Assembly: GCA_963707635.1 (NCBI GenBank)
Contig: OY970173.1
Coordinates: forward strand, 960,001-1,024,000
Length of the DNA stretch: 64,000 nt
Source of the DNA: Candidatus Latescibacterota bacterium
GTDB taxonomy: Bacteria > Krumholzibacteriota > Krumholzibacteriia > WVZY01 > JAKEHA01
Direction of reading: 5' to 3'
Shown: one piece after another, positions 1-10,128 of the stretch
Position numbering within the stretch: position 1 is the first letter of the stretch
Layout: the number at the start of each line of letters is the position of its first letter
Translations under genes and position numbers: made by a program
Notes under the pieces: generated by a model
Seen by the model: only the letters and a program-made list of their open reading frames with translations
Databases searched by the model: none
Told to the model about the DNA's origin: nothing

Positions 1-1
1 G

Positions 2-1513
2 ATCTCCGGCGTCGTGGTGGGTGCGGTGGCGCAGTTTGGCGGGCCCGTGTTCGGCTCGCTGGCCAAGACCGACTTCATGTCTCAACTGGTTCGCGGTCTG
101 TGGGTGGCGTTCGTGGGTCCGCTGGCGCTTCGCATGTGGGTTTTTGCGGGCATCGGGCTGGTGGTGGTGGCGGGTGTTACCTCGACCTTCAGCCGCGTCG
201 ACATCGCCGCGATCGCAGCCTGGGTGCGGCGTGGTGTCGGAAGCCGCCCGCACCGCGGCGGTCTCGGGCTCTTGCGCGCGGTGGGCATGGCGGTGCTCGG
301 TGGAGTGGCTGCGTTTCATCCCACCCTGGCGATGCAAGTACTGGCCGTTGCCGGCGCAACCGTGCTGTTCTTCTTCGGTGTACAGGAAGTCTTTTCGATC
401 ATCATGGGCTGGGTCCCGCAGGTGGAAGCAGCGGTCGCGGCGGCATCCGGCGGCAAGCGCTCGCATGTTCCACGCACCGTGGTGGCGGTCGTGATCGGCG
501 TGGCGGTCATGGGCGCGGGCGTCTGGTGGTATGTCCGCCAGGATGCCACACCCGCGGCGGCCTCCGTGGTCGAGGTCTGCAACGGCCATCCGGAACTCTG
601 CGACCGCCGCTTCAATGAAGTGGCGCTGCCCGCGACGCACAACTCGATGAGCGCGGGTGACATCGCGGACTGGATGTTCCCGAACCAGCAGAAGGGCATC
701 CGCACGCAGCTCGATGACGGCATCCGGGGCTTCCTTGTTGACGTCCATTACGGCGTGCCGGTGGGCGACCGCATCAAGACCATCCTCGACGACGAAGTCA
801 ACTCGGTTGCGAAGTACGAAGAGGCCATGGGCAAGGAAGCGGTGGACGCCGCCATGCGCATGCGTGACCGAATGGTGGGCAAGGAAACCGGCGAACGCGA
901 CGTCTACCTGGGTCACGGCTTCTGCGAGCTCGGGGCCGAACGCTTCGTCGACGCGCTGGAGCAAGTCTACGAGTTCCTGGTAATGAACCCCGGCGAGGTC
1001 ATCGTCATCATCGTTCAGGACGAAGGTGTGACCCCGCAGGATGTCGCGGCCTGTTTCGAGCGAAGCGGGCTCGACCGCCTCGTCTACCGCGGAGCGGTGA
1101 CGCCCCCGTGGCCGACGTTGCGCGAGATGGTCGATAGCGACCAGCGCGTGCTGGTCCTCGGGGAAAACAACGTGGAGGGTGTGCCCTGGTACCACCACTC
1201 GACCGAGGTCTACCAGGAGACGCCGTATCGGTTCTTAGACCCGTCCGAGTTTTCGAACAAGCCGAATCGGGGAGGAACCGCGGGTTCGTTGCTGCTCATG
1301 AATCACTGGATCGAAACGACACCCACGCCGCTTCCCAGCAACGCGGAGATCGTAAACGCGTACGACTTCCTCCTCAAGCGCGCGCGCGCGTGCCAGAAGG
1401 AGCGGCACATGATCCCCAACCTGGTCGCGGTCGACTTCTATCGGAGCGGGGACTTGATGCGCGTCGTGGATGCGCTCAACGGGGTGGAGACACCCCCCGA
1501 GCCGTCGTTGTAA
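2..1513 (+). CDS. Membrane protein with C-terminal PI-PLC-X/PLC-like phosphodiesterase domain (5' partial)
   Basis: Frame is open from the window edge. Several hydrophobic helices are followed by CNGHPELCDRRFNEV..ATHNS, QLDDGIRG, HGFCELG and NLVAVDFY, typical of PLC-like TIM-barrel phosphodiesterases. Confidence 0.7.
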   Translation: MSGVVVGAVAQFGGPVFGSLAKTDFMSQLVRGLWVAFVGPLALRMWVFAGIGLVVVAGVTSTFSRVDIAAIAAWVRRGVGSRPHRGGLGLLRAVGMAVLGGVAAFHPTLAMQVLAVAGATVLFFFGVQEVFSIIMGWVPQVEAAVAAASGGKRSHVPRTVVAVVIGVAVMGAGVWWYVRQDATPAAASVVEVCNGHPELCDRRFNEVALPATHNSMSAGDIADWMFPNQQKGIRTQLDDGIRGFLVDVHYGVPVGDRIKTILDDEVNSVAKYEEAMGKEAVDAAMRMRDRMVGKETGERDVYLGHGFCELGAERFVDALEQVYEFLVMNPGEVIVIIVQDEGVTPQDVAACFERSGLDRLVYRGAVTPPWPTLREMVDSDQRVLVLGENNVEGVPWYHHSTEVYQETPYRFLDPSEFSNKPNRGGTAGSLLLMNHWIETTPTPLPSNAEIVNAYDFLLKRARACQKERHMIPNLVAVDFYRSGDLMRVVDALNGVETPPEPSL

Positions 1514-1526
1514 CTGCACGCCTGCC

Positions 1527-3197
1527 ATGAAACTCGTCGAGTGTGTCCCCAACTTCAGCGAGGGACGCGACCGCGGCGTGATCGACAAGATCGTCGCAGC
1601 GATCGCGTCCGCCGCCGACGCACACGTGCTCGACGTCGACCCGGGGCGCGACACCAACCGCACCGTGGTGACGTTTGTGGCACCGGTCGACCGCGCCGTC
1701 GACGCTGCCTATCGCGGCATCGCGAAAGCCGCCGAGCTGATCGACATGTCGAAGCACCGCGGCGAACACCCGCGCATGGGGGCGACCGATGTGTGTCCCT
1801 TTGTTCCGCTGGGCACCACCACCATGCAGGAATGCGTCGCTCTCGCGCGCGCACTCGGCGAGCGCGTGGGACGCGAGCTCGGCATCCCGGTTTTTCTGTA
1901 CGAGTACGCGGCCACCCGGGACGACCGCCGGAGCCTCCCGGACATTCGCGCCAGCGAGTACGAAGGCCTCGCCGGGAAACTCGCCGACCCGCACTGGAAG
2001 CCCGACTTCGGCCCGGCGACGTTCAACCCGCGCTCCGGTGCCACCGTGATCGGTGCGCGCAAGTTCCTGATCGCCTACAACGTCAACCTCAATACCCGCG
2101 ACAAGAAAAAAGCGAACGACATCGCGTTCTCGATCCGCGAGACCGGGCGCAAGGTGCGCGACGAGCACGGGCGATTCATGCGGGACATGAGCGGTGACTT
2201 CGTCTACGAAGAGGGCACGCTCAAGGCGTGCAAGGCGGTGGGCTGGTATATAGAGGAGTACCAGCGCACGCAGGTCTCCATCAATCTCACCGACTTCGAC
2301 GTGACCCCGCCGCACGTCGCGTTCGAAGAGACCCGTCGTCAGGCGGACATGCGCGGTCTGCGCGCGACCGGGAGCGAACTGGTCGGGCTGATCCCGCTGG
2401 AGGCGATGCGCCGGGCGGGCTGTTACTATCTCGAGCTCCAGGGCGCGTCGGCTGGTGTGCCCGAGGCCCAGCTCGTCGAGACGGCGATTCAATCGCTTGG
2501 ACTTCGTGAACTCGGAGGGTTCGATCCCATGCAGAAGATCATCGAGTACCGTGTTGCTCCCGACGCCCCGCTGGCGTCTTCGTCGCTGCGCAACTTCGTC
2601 GACCTGACTTCTTCCGGCACCGCGGTCCCCGGCGGCGGCTCGGTGGCCGCGCTCTCCGGCGCGACGGCGGCCGCGCTGACCGCGATGGTGGCCAACCTCA
2701 CCTTCGGGAAGAAGGGCTACGAGTCGCACAACGACGAGATGAGCGCGCTCGCCACCGAGGCGCAGGCCCTCAAGGACGAATTCCTGCGCGCGGTGGACGA
2801 CGACGCGCGCGCGTTCGACGCCGTGATGGCGGCGAACCGGCTTCCGAAGGCGACGCACGACGAACACACCCGCCGCGACGCAGCCGTCCAGGAAGCGACG
2901 AAGCGCGCGATCGAGGTGCCCCTGTCGGTGATGCGCACGTGCGCGAAGTTGCTCCCGCTGATCGAGCGGGTCGCGGAGAAGGGGAACAAGAACTCGATCA
3001 GCGACGCGGGCGTGGCGGTGATGGCCCTGAAGACCGCCGCCGGCGGCGCCTACCTGAACGTGCTGGTCAATCTCTCGGGGATCACCGACGAGAAGTACGC
3101 GAAGTCAGCCGGCGGAGAAGCGCGAACCCTTCTCGACAGCGTGTCGGACGCGGCGCCGCGGATTGCGGACAGCATCGAGAAGGGGCTCGGGGCCTAA
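1527..3197 (+). CDS. ftcD: Bifunctional glutamate formimidoyltransferase / formiminotetrahydrofolate cyclodeaminase
   Basis: MKLVECVPNFSEGRD, HxGEHPRMGATDVCPF, GSELVGL, then cyclodeaminase motifs PGGGSVAA and GNKNSISDAGV. Start moved to ATG 1527. Confidence 0.95.
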   Translation: MKLVECVPNFSEGRDRGVIDKIVAAIASAADAHVLDVDPGRDTNRTVVTFVAPVDRAVDAAYRGIAKAAELIDMSKHRGEHPRMGATDVCPFVPLGTTTMQECVALARALGERVGRELGIPVFLYEYAATRDDRRSLPDIRASEYEGLAGKLADPHWKPDFGPATFNPRSGATVIGARKFLIAYNVNLNTRDKKKANDIAFSIRETGRKVRDEHGRFMRDMSGDFVYEEGTLKACKAVGWYIEEYQRTQVSINLTDFDVTPPHVAFEETRRQADMRGLRATGSELVGLIPLEAMRRAGCYYLELQGASAGVPEAQLVETAIQSLGLRELGGFDPMQKIIEYRVAPDAPLASSSLRNFVDLTSSGTAVPGGGSVAALSGATAAALTAMVANLTFGKKGYESHNDEMSALATEAQALKDEFLRAVDDDARAFDAVMAANRLPKATHDEHTRRDAAVQEATKRAIEVPLSVMRTCAKLLPLIERVAEKGNKNSISDAGVAVMALKTAAGGAYLNVLVNLSGITDEKYAKSAGGEARTLLDSVSDAAPRIADSIEKGLGA

Positions 3198-3334
3198 TGT
3201 TCACAACTTGATTTCCGCTTGCCGATCAACTATTCTTGAGCTCTGATTGGCGCATGAGGCGAACTGAACCGCTTCACTACTCGCGTCGATAAATCTGGCC
3301 GCGCGCATTAGACCTCCTTCCTCGCGGTGTCCCC

Positions 3335-5263
3335 ATGCGCTTACGATCGTCTATCATGGTGCCGTTCATGTGCATTCTCGCAGCTTCGTCTTCGGCGCGA
3401 GCGGCGGTTCCCATTCATCTCTGGAGCTACAACTCTGGCGGCAGCAACCCGGACGCCGGGTGGGGGGTCGCCACGGATGTGGCGGGCAATGTTGTGATTA
3501 CGGGTCAGTTTTCAGGGTCAGCGAGCTTCGGCGGCAAGGTACTGACCGGTGTCGGATATGTAGACGTCTTTGTGGCCAAGTACGATGCAAACGGCGTCTA
3601 CAAGTGGAGCAAGCGCTTCGGGAGCCCATTCAACCTTGCCATTGGCTATGCGGTCGCCGTGGACGGGACGGGCGATGTCGTTGTCATGGGGGCGTTCCAG
3701 GGAAAGGTGGACTTCGGCGGCGGCCCGTTTACCAGCACCGGCACCGACATCTTTGTCGCCAAGTTCGATGCGAATGGTGTCCACCAGTGGAGCCAGCACT
3801 TCCCGAGCTCCACGAGCTATGCCTCTGTCTACTCGGTCGCCATAGATGGACCGGGCAATGTGATTCTCGCCGGAACATTCCAGGGAACAGTGGACTTCGG
3901 CGGTGGGCCGCTGATCAGCGCCGGTGGCGAAGACATCTTCGTAGTCAGTTTTGATGCCAACGGCGCCCACCAGTGGAGCAAGCGCTTCGGAAGCGCGGGC
4001 CATGACTACAGCGATGGGGTCGCGGTCGATGCGATGGGCAACATCGTCGTCACCGGCGCGTTTAGACTTGCCGTGAGTTTCGGCGGCTCGACACTGACGA
4101 GCGCAGGCGGCAGCGACATCTTCGTGGCCAAGTACAATGCGGGTGGCGTCCACCAATGGAGCAAGCGATTTGGAAGCACGTCCGAGGACGTGGGCGGTGG
4201 GGTCGCCGTCGACATGCCCGGCAACGTCGCCGTCACCGGCAGTTTTAGAGGTGCCGTGAGTTTCGGCGGCTCGACACTGACCAGCGCAGGCGGCAGCGAC
4301 ATTTTCGTGGCCAAGTACGCGGCTAACGGTGTCCATCAGTGGAGCCGGCGCTTCGGAAGTACAGGTTCAGACGGCGGCTCGGGGATCGGCGTGGATGCGC
4401 CAGGGAATGTCGCGGTTACCGGAGGCTTCGAAGGAACGGTAAACTTCGACGGGGGACCACTGGTCAGCTCGGGTGGTGCCGATATTTTTTTGGCCAGGTA
4501 CGATGCGAGTGGCGGCCACCAGTGGAGTCGGGCCTTCGGTGGCGATACCGTTTTCGACAATTGCTATGGGCTTGCTGTGGACGGTTTGGGTAGTTTCGCG
4601 ATCACCGGGTCCTTCAATGGAACCGTGGACTTTGGCGGCGGCGGCCTGACCAGCGAGGGATGGGATGACATATTCGTCGCCAAGTTCGGCGAAGAGAGCC
4701 CCGTGCCCGTGCTCTTCACGAACTTCACGGCGACTCCTCGCGGTTCTGCGGTGGAAGTCGCGTGGGATGTTTGGAGCGACGACCCGTTGGGCGACTTCAC
4801 GCTCTATCGTCGCGACGAAACCGCTACGCAGACCAGAGTTGTGGCGACCGGGAGTGCGCTAGCCGCGCACTCGCACGTCGACGCCGCGGTCGAGGCCGGG
4901 AAGACCTACCACTATGAACTGGTGATTCACACGGCTGACGGGAGTGTTTTCCGCTCCCCCGAGGTCACTGTCACGGTCGCGGCGCTTGCCGGTGGCCTGG
5001 AACAAAACCAGCCGAACCCGTTCAATCCGACCACGGCGATCACCTACACATTGGCCGAACGCGCCGTGACGGCGATCAGTGTCTACAACGCGGCGGGTGA
5101 GAGGGTGGTGCGTCTCGACGAAGGCGAACACGCAGCGGGTACCCACCGCGTGGAGTGGGACGGTCGCGATGCCGCCGGACGTGCGGTGGCGAGCGGCGTA
5201 TACGTCTATCGTGTTGAAGGTGTGTCGGGCGTCGGCGCGAGAAAGATGGTCCTGCTCAAATAG
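3335..5263 (+). CDS. Secreted beta-propeller repeat protein with C-terminal FlgD-Ig/T9SS-like sorting domain
   Basis: Signal peptide ending ARA; seven ~61-aa repeats (WSKRFGS..GVAVD..GN..VTG.F..DIFVAKY); C-terminal LEQNQPNPFNPTT..WDGRD..VASGVYVYR..KMVLLK. Confidence 0.85.
   Translation: MRLRSSIMVPFMCILAASSSARAAVPIHLWSYNSGGSNPDAGWGVATDVAGNVVITGQFSGSASFGGKVLTGVGYVDVFVAKYDANGVYKWSKRFGSPFNLAIGYAVAVDGTGDVVVMGAFQGKVDFGGGPFTSTGTDIFVAKFDANGVHQWSQHFPSSTSYASVYSVAIDGPGNVILAGTFQGTVDFGGGPLISAGGEDIFVVSFDANGAHQWSKRFGSAGHDYSDGVAVDAMGNIVVTGAFRLAVSFGGSTLTSAGGSDIFVAKYNAGGVHQWSKRFGSTSEDVGGGVAVDMPGNVAVTGSFRGAVSFGGSTLTSAGGSDIFVAKYAANGVHQWSRRFGSTGSDGGSGIGVDAPGNVAVTGGFEGTVNFDGGPLVSSGGADIFLARYDASGGHQWSRAFGGDTVFDNCYGLAVDGLGSFAITGSFNGTVDFGGGGLTSEGWDDIFVAKFGEESPVPVLFTNFTATPRGSAVEVAWDVWSDDPLGDFTLYRRDETATQTRVVATGSALAAHSHVDAAVEAGKTYHYELVIHTADGSVFRSPEVTVTVAALAGGLEQNQPNPFNPTTAITYTLAERAVTAISVYNAAGERVVRLDEGEHAAGTHRVEWDGRDAAGRAVASGVYVYRVEGVSGVGARKMVLLK
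4021..4380 (+). repeat. Intragenic tandem repeat, 183-bp period (propeller units)
   Basis: GCCGTGAGTTTCGGCGGCTCGACACTGAC occurs at 4070 and 4253, with near-identical continuation. Confidence 0.85.
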
Positions 5264-5276
5264 GATAGAGGTCACG

Positions 5277-5846
5277 TCAGCGCGGCGGCAGCACCTCGAG
5301 CCACCTGCGTTTCCGCACGGCACGCCGCGCCAACTCCTCTTCGAAGAACGACAGGTACCGGCGCATCCCGCGCGAGCGCTGGACGACCGCTTCGTGCGCA
5401 ACCTCGAATACCATCCTGGCCTGCGTGTCGTGCAGGCGGCCGTCGCGATCGAGCAGGTCGAGTGGAATCCGGATATAGCTCGGTCGATCGTCGTTCAAGG
5501 TCCAGTGCCGCGCGAGCGAAAACACGTCGCACGCTTTCTCCCCCGACGGAATCCCGAGATCGCGCAGCTGCAAAAGATGGACGAGCTCGTGCGCGATGGT
5601 GTGGTAGGTGAGCCGCGACGGGTTGAGCCAGATGCGCGAGCCGCCGGGAACCGCCATGCCGCTCGCCGCCCGTGTGAGCCCGACGGTGACGGTTTCTCCC
5701 TCCAGCTCGGGGAAATAACGACGCACGTACGCGACGCGGCGCAGGACATCGTTGCGAAGACGATGCTTGCGAAGCACGGCGCTCGCGACCACGCGGGGTG
5801 CTTCGACATTTGGTTGCGAGAGGAGGCCGAGCTCGAGCTGGATCAT
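5277..5846 (-). CDS. Hypothetical protein with HExxH motif (putative zinc metallopeptidase)
   Basis: IWLNP..YHTIAHELVHLLQ..GEKACDVF; last gene of the minus-strand ABC cluster. Confidence 0.6.
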   Translation of the reverse strand: MIQLELGLLSQPNVEAPRVVASAVLRKHRLRNDVLRRVAYVRRYFPELEGETVTVGLTRAASGMAVPGGSRIWLNPSRLTYHTIAHELVHLLQLRDLGIPSGEKACDVFSLARHWTLNDDRPSYIRIPLDLLDRDGRLHDTQARMVFEVAHEAVVQRSRGMRRYLSFFEEELARRAVRKRRWLEVLPPR

Positions 5847-5890
5847 CTGCGGCGAAGCTAGCCGAGAAGTCGTTTCGGTGTCGAGAAAAG

Positions 5891-7339
5891 TTACCGGGTC
5901 CGGAATGTTTCCGAGTACGCGTGGCCGCGCTCGTCGATCGGGGTGCCGTCGATCCGGCCTTTGAGGCGGGCCCGTCCCTCCATCTGATAGAAGAACGAGC
6001 GCGCCTGCTCGTCGGCCCGAAACAGCGGCTGCTCGCCGCCCCCGGTCTCGGTGACGAAGCGGCGGCCCACCTCGATCCGAAGCCGGAGCGAGTCCATCCC
6101 CGCCGTGAACCCCACGTCGATCGACCGCGGCACGGCGTCAGGCCGCCATGTCACCGCGTAGTCGCTCGTCAGCACGAACGGCCGGGGCCCCTGGTCGTCG
6201 AACAGAGCCACGAGCACCGGCTGGCGGGCGAGCGCGCCGGCGGACGACGCGAAACGGCCGTAGAGGACGCTGAACCGGCCCGCGTGCACGATGCCCCAGT
6301 CCCACGCGGCGTCGCGGAAGTGCCCCCAGTTGTGGTCGTGGTAGCCGATGCCGTCGAGCTCGACGGTCTTTCCGCCCATCGACACCCGCCCGGTCATGCG
6401 CCCACGCACCACCGGCACGACGTAGCCGAAGGGCACGTCGGCGCCCATCGGGGTCAGCGGCGGGACGTACTGGTGCGGCGTCGGCGTCAATTCCAGCGAT
6501 ACGGTCACCGGGCGTGTGAGCGAATCGGCCAGCGCCGCGTGCACCTGGTACGCGCCGCCGTCGAAGCGAACCGTGTTCAGGCCCACCAGCAGATCGGGCG
6601 AATCCGTCGACGCGGCAATCTCCCGCCCGGGGAGGATGTCGACGAGCTTGGTCTGCCGGCCGGTTTCATCGACGTACTCCAGCAGCACCACACCGCGCGA
6701 ATAGCCGCTCGCCGCCCGGTCGTCCTCCCACGCGAGGGCGCTGATCGACACGTACAGCGCCCGTCCGGCGTCGTCGTGGTAGTTGAAATAGTGCCACTCG
6801 GCCCAGGTCTGCGACGAATCGACCACCGGCGGGTGGAAGGCGTCGATCTGATAGAGGAGGGAAGTGAAATCCGGGTCGAGGTAGTCGCGCTCGCCCCCGC
6901 CGTCGGTGAACGCGGCCGGCATCGCGGGCCAGAGCGCCGCGAAGCGCGACGGCACCACGCCGTCGACGCGGATCAATTGCTCGCGCCCGTCGTGCGCGAG
7001 CGTCGCGTAGGTGCGCGTCAGCTCGGGCGATACCACCTCGACCTCGCGCAGCCGCCGCGTTGAAAGAATCTCGCGCGTCAAGAGACGCCCGTTGGGAATG
7101 TCGAAGTGCATCGAGGTGACCCCGCCGGTCTTGAGCACCGCCACGTCGATACCCACCGGGAGCAGCACGATGTCGCCGCCGCCGGTCAGGTCCTCGTCCA
7201 TCGCCTGGTCGAGCACGGCGGAGCCGACCGACAGCAGCACCACCATCACCATCACGCCGATCGCGAACCCGAGCAGCAGGAACAGGGTGCGCTGCGGCCG
7301 GAACCGGAGTCCCTTCGTGACCAGCGAGGCCGTGTTCAT
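5891..7339 (-). CDS. Fusion of a MacB-type permease N-terminal half and an AttH/CrtC-like (lipocalin/hydratase) domain
   Basis: N-terminal LRFRPQRTLFLLLGFAIGVMVMVVLLSVG (MacB TM1); C-terminal WAEWHYFN and GIGYHDHNWG..WDW motifs of the CrtC/AttH/tocopherol-cyclase-like fold. Confidence 0.75.
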   Translation of the reverse strand: MNTASLVTKGLRFRPQRTLFLLLGFAIGVMVMVVLLSVGSAVLDQAMDEDLTGGGDIVLLPVGIDVAVLKTGGVTSMHFDIPNGRLLTREILSTRRLREVEVVSPELTRTYATLAHDGREQLIRVDGVVPSRFAALWPAMPAAFTDGGGERDYLDPDFTSLLYQIDAFHPPVVDSSQTWAEWHYFNYHDDAGRALYVSISALAWEDDRAASGYSRGVVLLEYVDETGRQTKLVDILPGREIAASTDSPDLLVGLNTVRFDGGAYQVHAALADSLTRPVTVSLELTPTPHQYVPPLTPMGADVPFGYVVPVVRGRMTGRVSMGGKTVELDGIGYHDHNWGHFRDAAWDWGIVHAGRFSVLYGRFASSAGALARQPVLVALFDDQGPRPFVLTSDYAVTWRPDAVPRSIDVGFTAGMDSLRLRIEVGRRFVTETGGGEQPLFRADEQARSFFYQMEGRARLKGRIDGTPIDERGHAYSETFRTR

Positions 7340-8010
7340 GCGGACTGGTTCTCCATTTCGATGGTGCGGTCGCCAAGCTCCGCCGCGTGCGGGTCGTGGG
7401 TCGCCATCACGAGGGTGAGACCGCCGGCCTGAAGCTCCTTGATGAGGGAGAGGATCGACGCGCCGGTCTTGCGGTCCAGCTCGCCGGTGGGTTCGTCGGC
7501 GATCAGGAGGTCGGGGCGGTTCGCGAGTGCGCGCGCGATCGCGACGCGCTGCATCTCGCCGCCCGAGAGCTGGTGCGGCCGGTGGTGGAACCGGTGCGAG
7601 AGCCCGACCCGGGCCAGCAGGCCCTCGATGCGCTCGCGGCGCTCACGCCGCGGGAGGTTGGTCTCGATCATGGGAAGCTCGACGTTCTCGAACGCGGTCA
7701 GCATCGGGAGCAGATAGAAGCGCTGGAACACGAACCCGATGCGGCGCAGGCGCAGGCGCGAGCGGTCGGCCTCCTTCATGGCGGCGGTCTCGACGCCGAA
7801 CACCTGCAGGCGGCCGCTGGTCGGCGCGTCGATGCACCCGAACAGGTTCAGGAGCGTGGTCTTGCCGCAGCCGCTCGGTCCCATCAGGACGACGAATTCG
7901 CCTCGCGTCACCACCAGATTGAAGTCGCGCACGGCGTCGACGACCGCGGCGCCCACGCGGTACGTCTTCCCGATGTTCTCGGCGCGAATGACGACGTCGT
8001 CCGCAGCCAC
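7336..8010 (-). CDS. ABC transporter ATP-binding protein (LolD/MacB family)
   Basis: [45 protein letters not shown]. Confidence 0.95.
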   Translation of the reverse strand: MAADDVVIRAENIGKTYRVGAAVVDAVRDFNLVVTRGEFVVLMGPSGCGKTTLLNLFGCIDAPTSGRLQVFGVETAAMKEADRSRLRLRRIGFVFQRFYLLPMLTAFENVELPMIETNLPRRERRERIEGLLARVGLSHRFHHRPHQLSGGEMQRVAIARALANRPDLLIADEPTGELDRKTGASILSLIKELQAGGLTLVMATHDPHAAELGDRTIEMENQSA

Positions 8011-9219
8011 CTAGACCACCTCCTCGTGCAGCGTGCGCGGAATGTCGATGCGGCCGGCCTGAATCGCAGGCAGCAGCGCGGCCGCGAGACCGGCGGCGCC
8101 GGAGAGCACCATGGCGAGCACGATCTCTCGTGGTGCCGGCACGAAGAAGCGATACCCGGCGGGAAGACTCGGCGACTGGGTCAGGATGTGGTCGAGGCGG
8201 CCCGCGAGCATCCATCCCAGCGCGGCGCCGGCCACGGTACCGAGCAATAGCAGCACCCCGCTCTCCGCGAGCACCATCCACTGGATCGAGCGCCGGCGAA
8301 TGCCCATACTGCGCAGCGCGGCAATCTCGCCGCGGCGCTCGCCCACCCCGATGACGAGTACCACGGCGATCAACAAAAACGTAGTGAAGAGACTGATGGT
8401 CGAGAGGATGGTCGCGAACTGCTTGAAGTACGCGAGCTGGCGCACGAGCGACCGCATGAGCGCCTCCATCGAATAGACCGAGGTCTCCGGGAACGCCCGC
8501 GCGAGCGACGCCGCGACATCGCGCTGCGTTTCCGGCGAGGCCGGGCCGCCGCCTTCGTCCGCGTGCAGCTTCACCAGCACGAACGAGGCCGCGTCGGGCG
8601 GCGCGGGGCGTGTCCGCTGCGCTGCCGACAGAGGAATGATGGCGGTGCGCTGGTGCGGGAGATCGAAATCGATTTCGATCAGGGCGGTGACGATCGTGTG
8701 CAGGGTGTGCCGCGTGGCCAGCGACGCGGCAGGCGCAATATCGGAAAACTCGAGTGAATCACCCACCGTGACGCCGAGGGCAGTCGCCGCGTTCCGATTG
8801 AGTGCCATGGGGATGCGCGCGCGTGCGCGCGCCTGGTCCACGTCGACGCCTTCGACCACCCGGTAGAGCGATTGCGCCTCGCCCTCGATCCCCATCGTGA
8901 ACACGGGCGTCGAGTCCGCGTACAGTGTGGTGCCGAGCACGCGCAGCCAGCGCTCGACGCGCGGGTCGGCGGCGAGCGCGTCGCGCACGCGCCCGCTCTC
9001 CGCCACCACGGCGTCGGTGCCGAAGGGAAGCGTTCCCTGCGGACACACGCGCACTTCGTAGCCCACCGAGGAGAGCACGCGCCGGAAGGTCTTCTCCATC
9101 CCGGTCGACAGCATCAGCATGTCGGCGAGCAGGGCCACCGCGATCGCGATCGCCGCCACCGAGAACGCGGTGCGGAGCCGGTGCCGGAGCACGTTGCGAA
9201 GGGCGACGCGCGCGATCAT
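8011..9219 (-). CDS. ABC transporter permease (MacB/FtsX family)
   Basis: Starts MIARVALRNVLRHRLRTAFSVAAIAIAVA at ATG 9219 (ATGA overlap with the upstream stop); ERRGEIAALRSMG motif and three C-terminal TM helices. Confidence 0.9.
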   Translation of the reverse strand: MIARVALRNVLRHRLRTAFSVAAIAIAVALLADMLMLSTGMEKTFRRVLSSVGYEVRVCPQGTLPFGTDAVVAESGRVRDALAADPRVERWLRVLGTTLYADSTPVFTMGIEGEAQSLYRVVEGVDVDQARARARIPMALNRNAATALGVTVGDSLEFSDIAPAASLATRHTLHTIVTALIEIDFDLPHQRTAIIPLSAAQRTRPAPPDAASFVLVKLHADEGGGPASPETQRDVAASLARAFPETSVYSMEALMRSLVRQLAYFKQFATILSTISLFTTFLLIAVVLVIGVGERRGEIAALRSMGIRRRSIQWMVLAESGVLLLLGTVAGAALGWMLAGRLDHILTQSPSLPAGYRFFVPAPREIVLAMVLSGAAGLAAALLPAIQAGRIDIPRTLHEEVV

Positions 9220-10094
9220 CGCCCGAGCACCTCGTTCACTTGAAGCCTGAACAGGTACGCGGTGGCGAGCGAGCCCACCAGGCAGCCCACCAGCGACGCC
9301 ACGCCGAACGCCAGCGCCAGATGCCAGCCGGCGATGCTGGAGAAAATCAGGTCGGTGTCGAAGAAGCGCTGGTAGTAGCCGTTGACCACCCGCGAGACGA
9401 CGAACGCCGTGCCGACGCCGATGGCGGCGCCCAGGTTGGCGAGCAGCACGGTCTCGCCGACCACGAGCGCGTAGATGCGACGCTTCGAGATGCCGATCAC
9501 GCGCAGCACGCCGAGCGACTTGCGAAGCTCCTGCACCTGCAGGAGCACGATCGCGGCGAGGAACGCGGTCCCCGCCAGGATCGACAGGAAGCTGATCGCG
9601 CGGTGGAAGTTCGAAATGACGACGAAGGTCTGCGACGACTCGCGCGCCACGGCATCGGCGCGGTGGGCGCGAAAGCCGAGCTGAGCGGTATTGAGCACGG
9701 ACACCAGCGAGTCGACGCCCGCGCCTGGCGTCGTCTTCAAGATGAAGCGGCTCACGCGATCCGTCCGGCCCGTGAGGTCCTCGAGGTCCGTGATGGGCAT
9801 CCACGCCTGCTTGCTCGCGCGGCTGATGCCGGCCGGGTCGGGGGGCGGCGCGTAGGTTCCGGTGACGACGAACCGGTCGGCCGCGCGGCGCTCCCCGGCC
9901 ACGCGTATGGTCACCGTGTCTCCCGGCGCGAGCGCGAGGTTGCGCGCCAGCGACGCCTCGACCACCACCCGTCCGGCCGGGACGGCGAGCACCAGCGGGG
10001 CCGGGAGCAGGCACGACGCGACGCTCGCGATGAAGAAACGCTTGCCTGGCAATTGGCGCCCGGGGTTCCGATGGGGTACGCTGCCTCTCGACAC
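9216..10094 (-). CDS. Short ABC permease (C-terminal half of the MacB periplasmic domain plus FtsX TM2-4); start uncertain (GTG 10094 or TTG 10052)
   Basis: VVVEASLARNLALAPGDTV, FVVTG, ELRKSLGVLRVIG and three C-terminal TM helices; hydrophobic signal-like N-terminus. Confidence 0.75.
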   Translation of the reverse strand: MSRGSVPHRNPGRQLPGKRFFIASVASCLLPAPLVLAVPAGRVVVEASLARNLALAPGDTVTIRVAGERRAADRFVVTGTYAPPPDPAGISRASKQAWMPITDLEDLTGRTDRVSRFILKTTPGAGVDSLVSVLNTAQLGFRAHRADAVARESSQTFVVISNFHRAISFLSILAGTAFLAAIVLLQVQELRKSLGVLRVIGISKRRIYALVVGETVLLANLGAAIGVGTAFVVSRVVNGYYQRFFDTDLIFSSIAGWHLALAFGVASLVGCLVGSLATAYLFRLQVNEVLGR

Positions 10095-10128
10095 GGCAAC
10101 ATCATAGTATGCGAGTCGGTTTTGAACG

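Noticed and set aside
4021..4380. Direct repeats as a CRISPR array
   Set aside because: They are in-frame 183-bp coding repeats with no unique spacers, and no cas genes are present.
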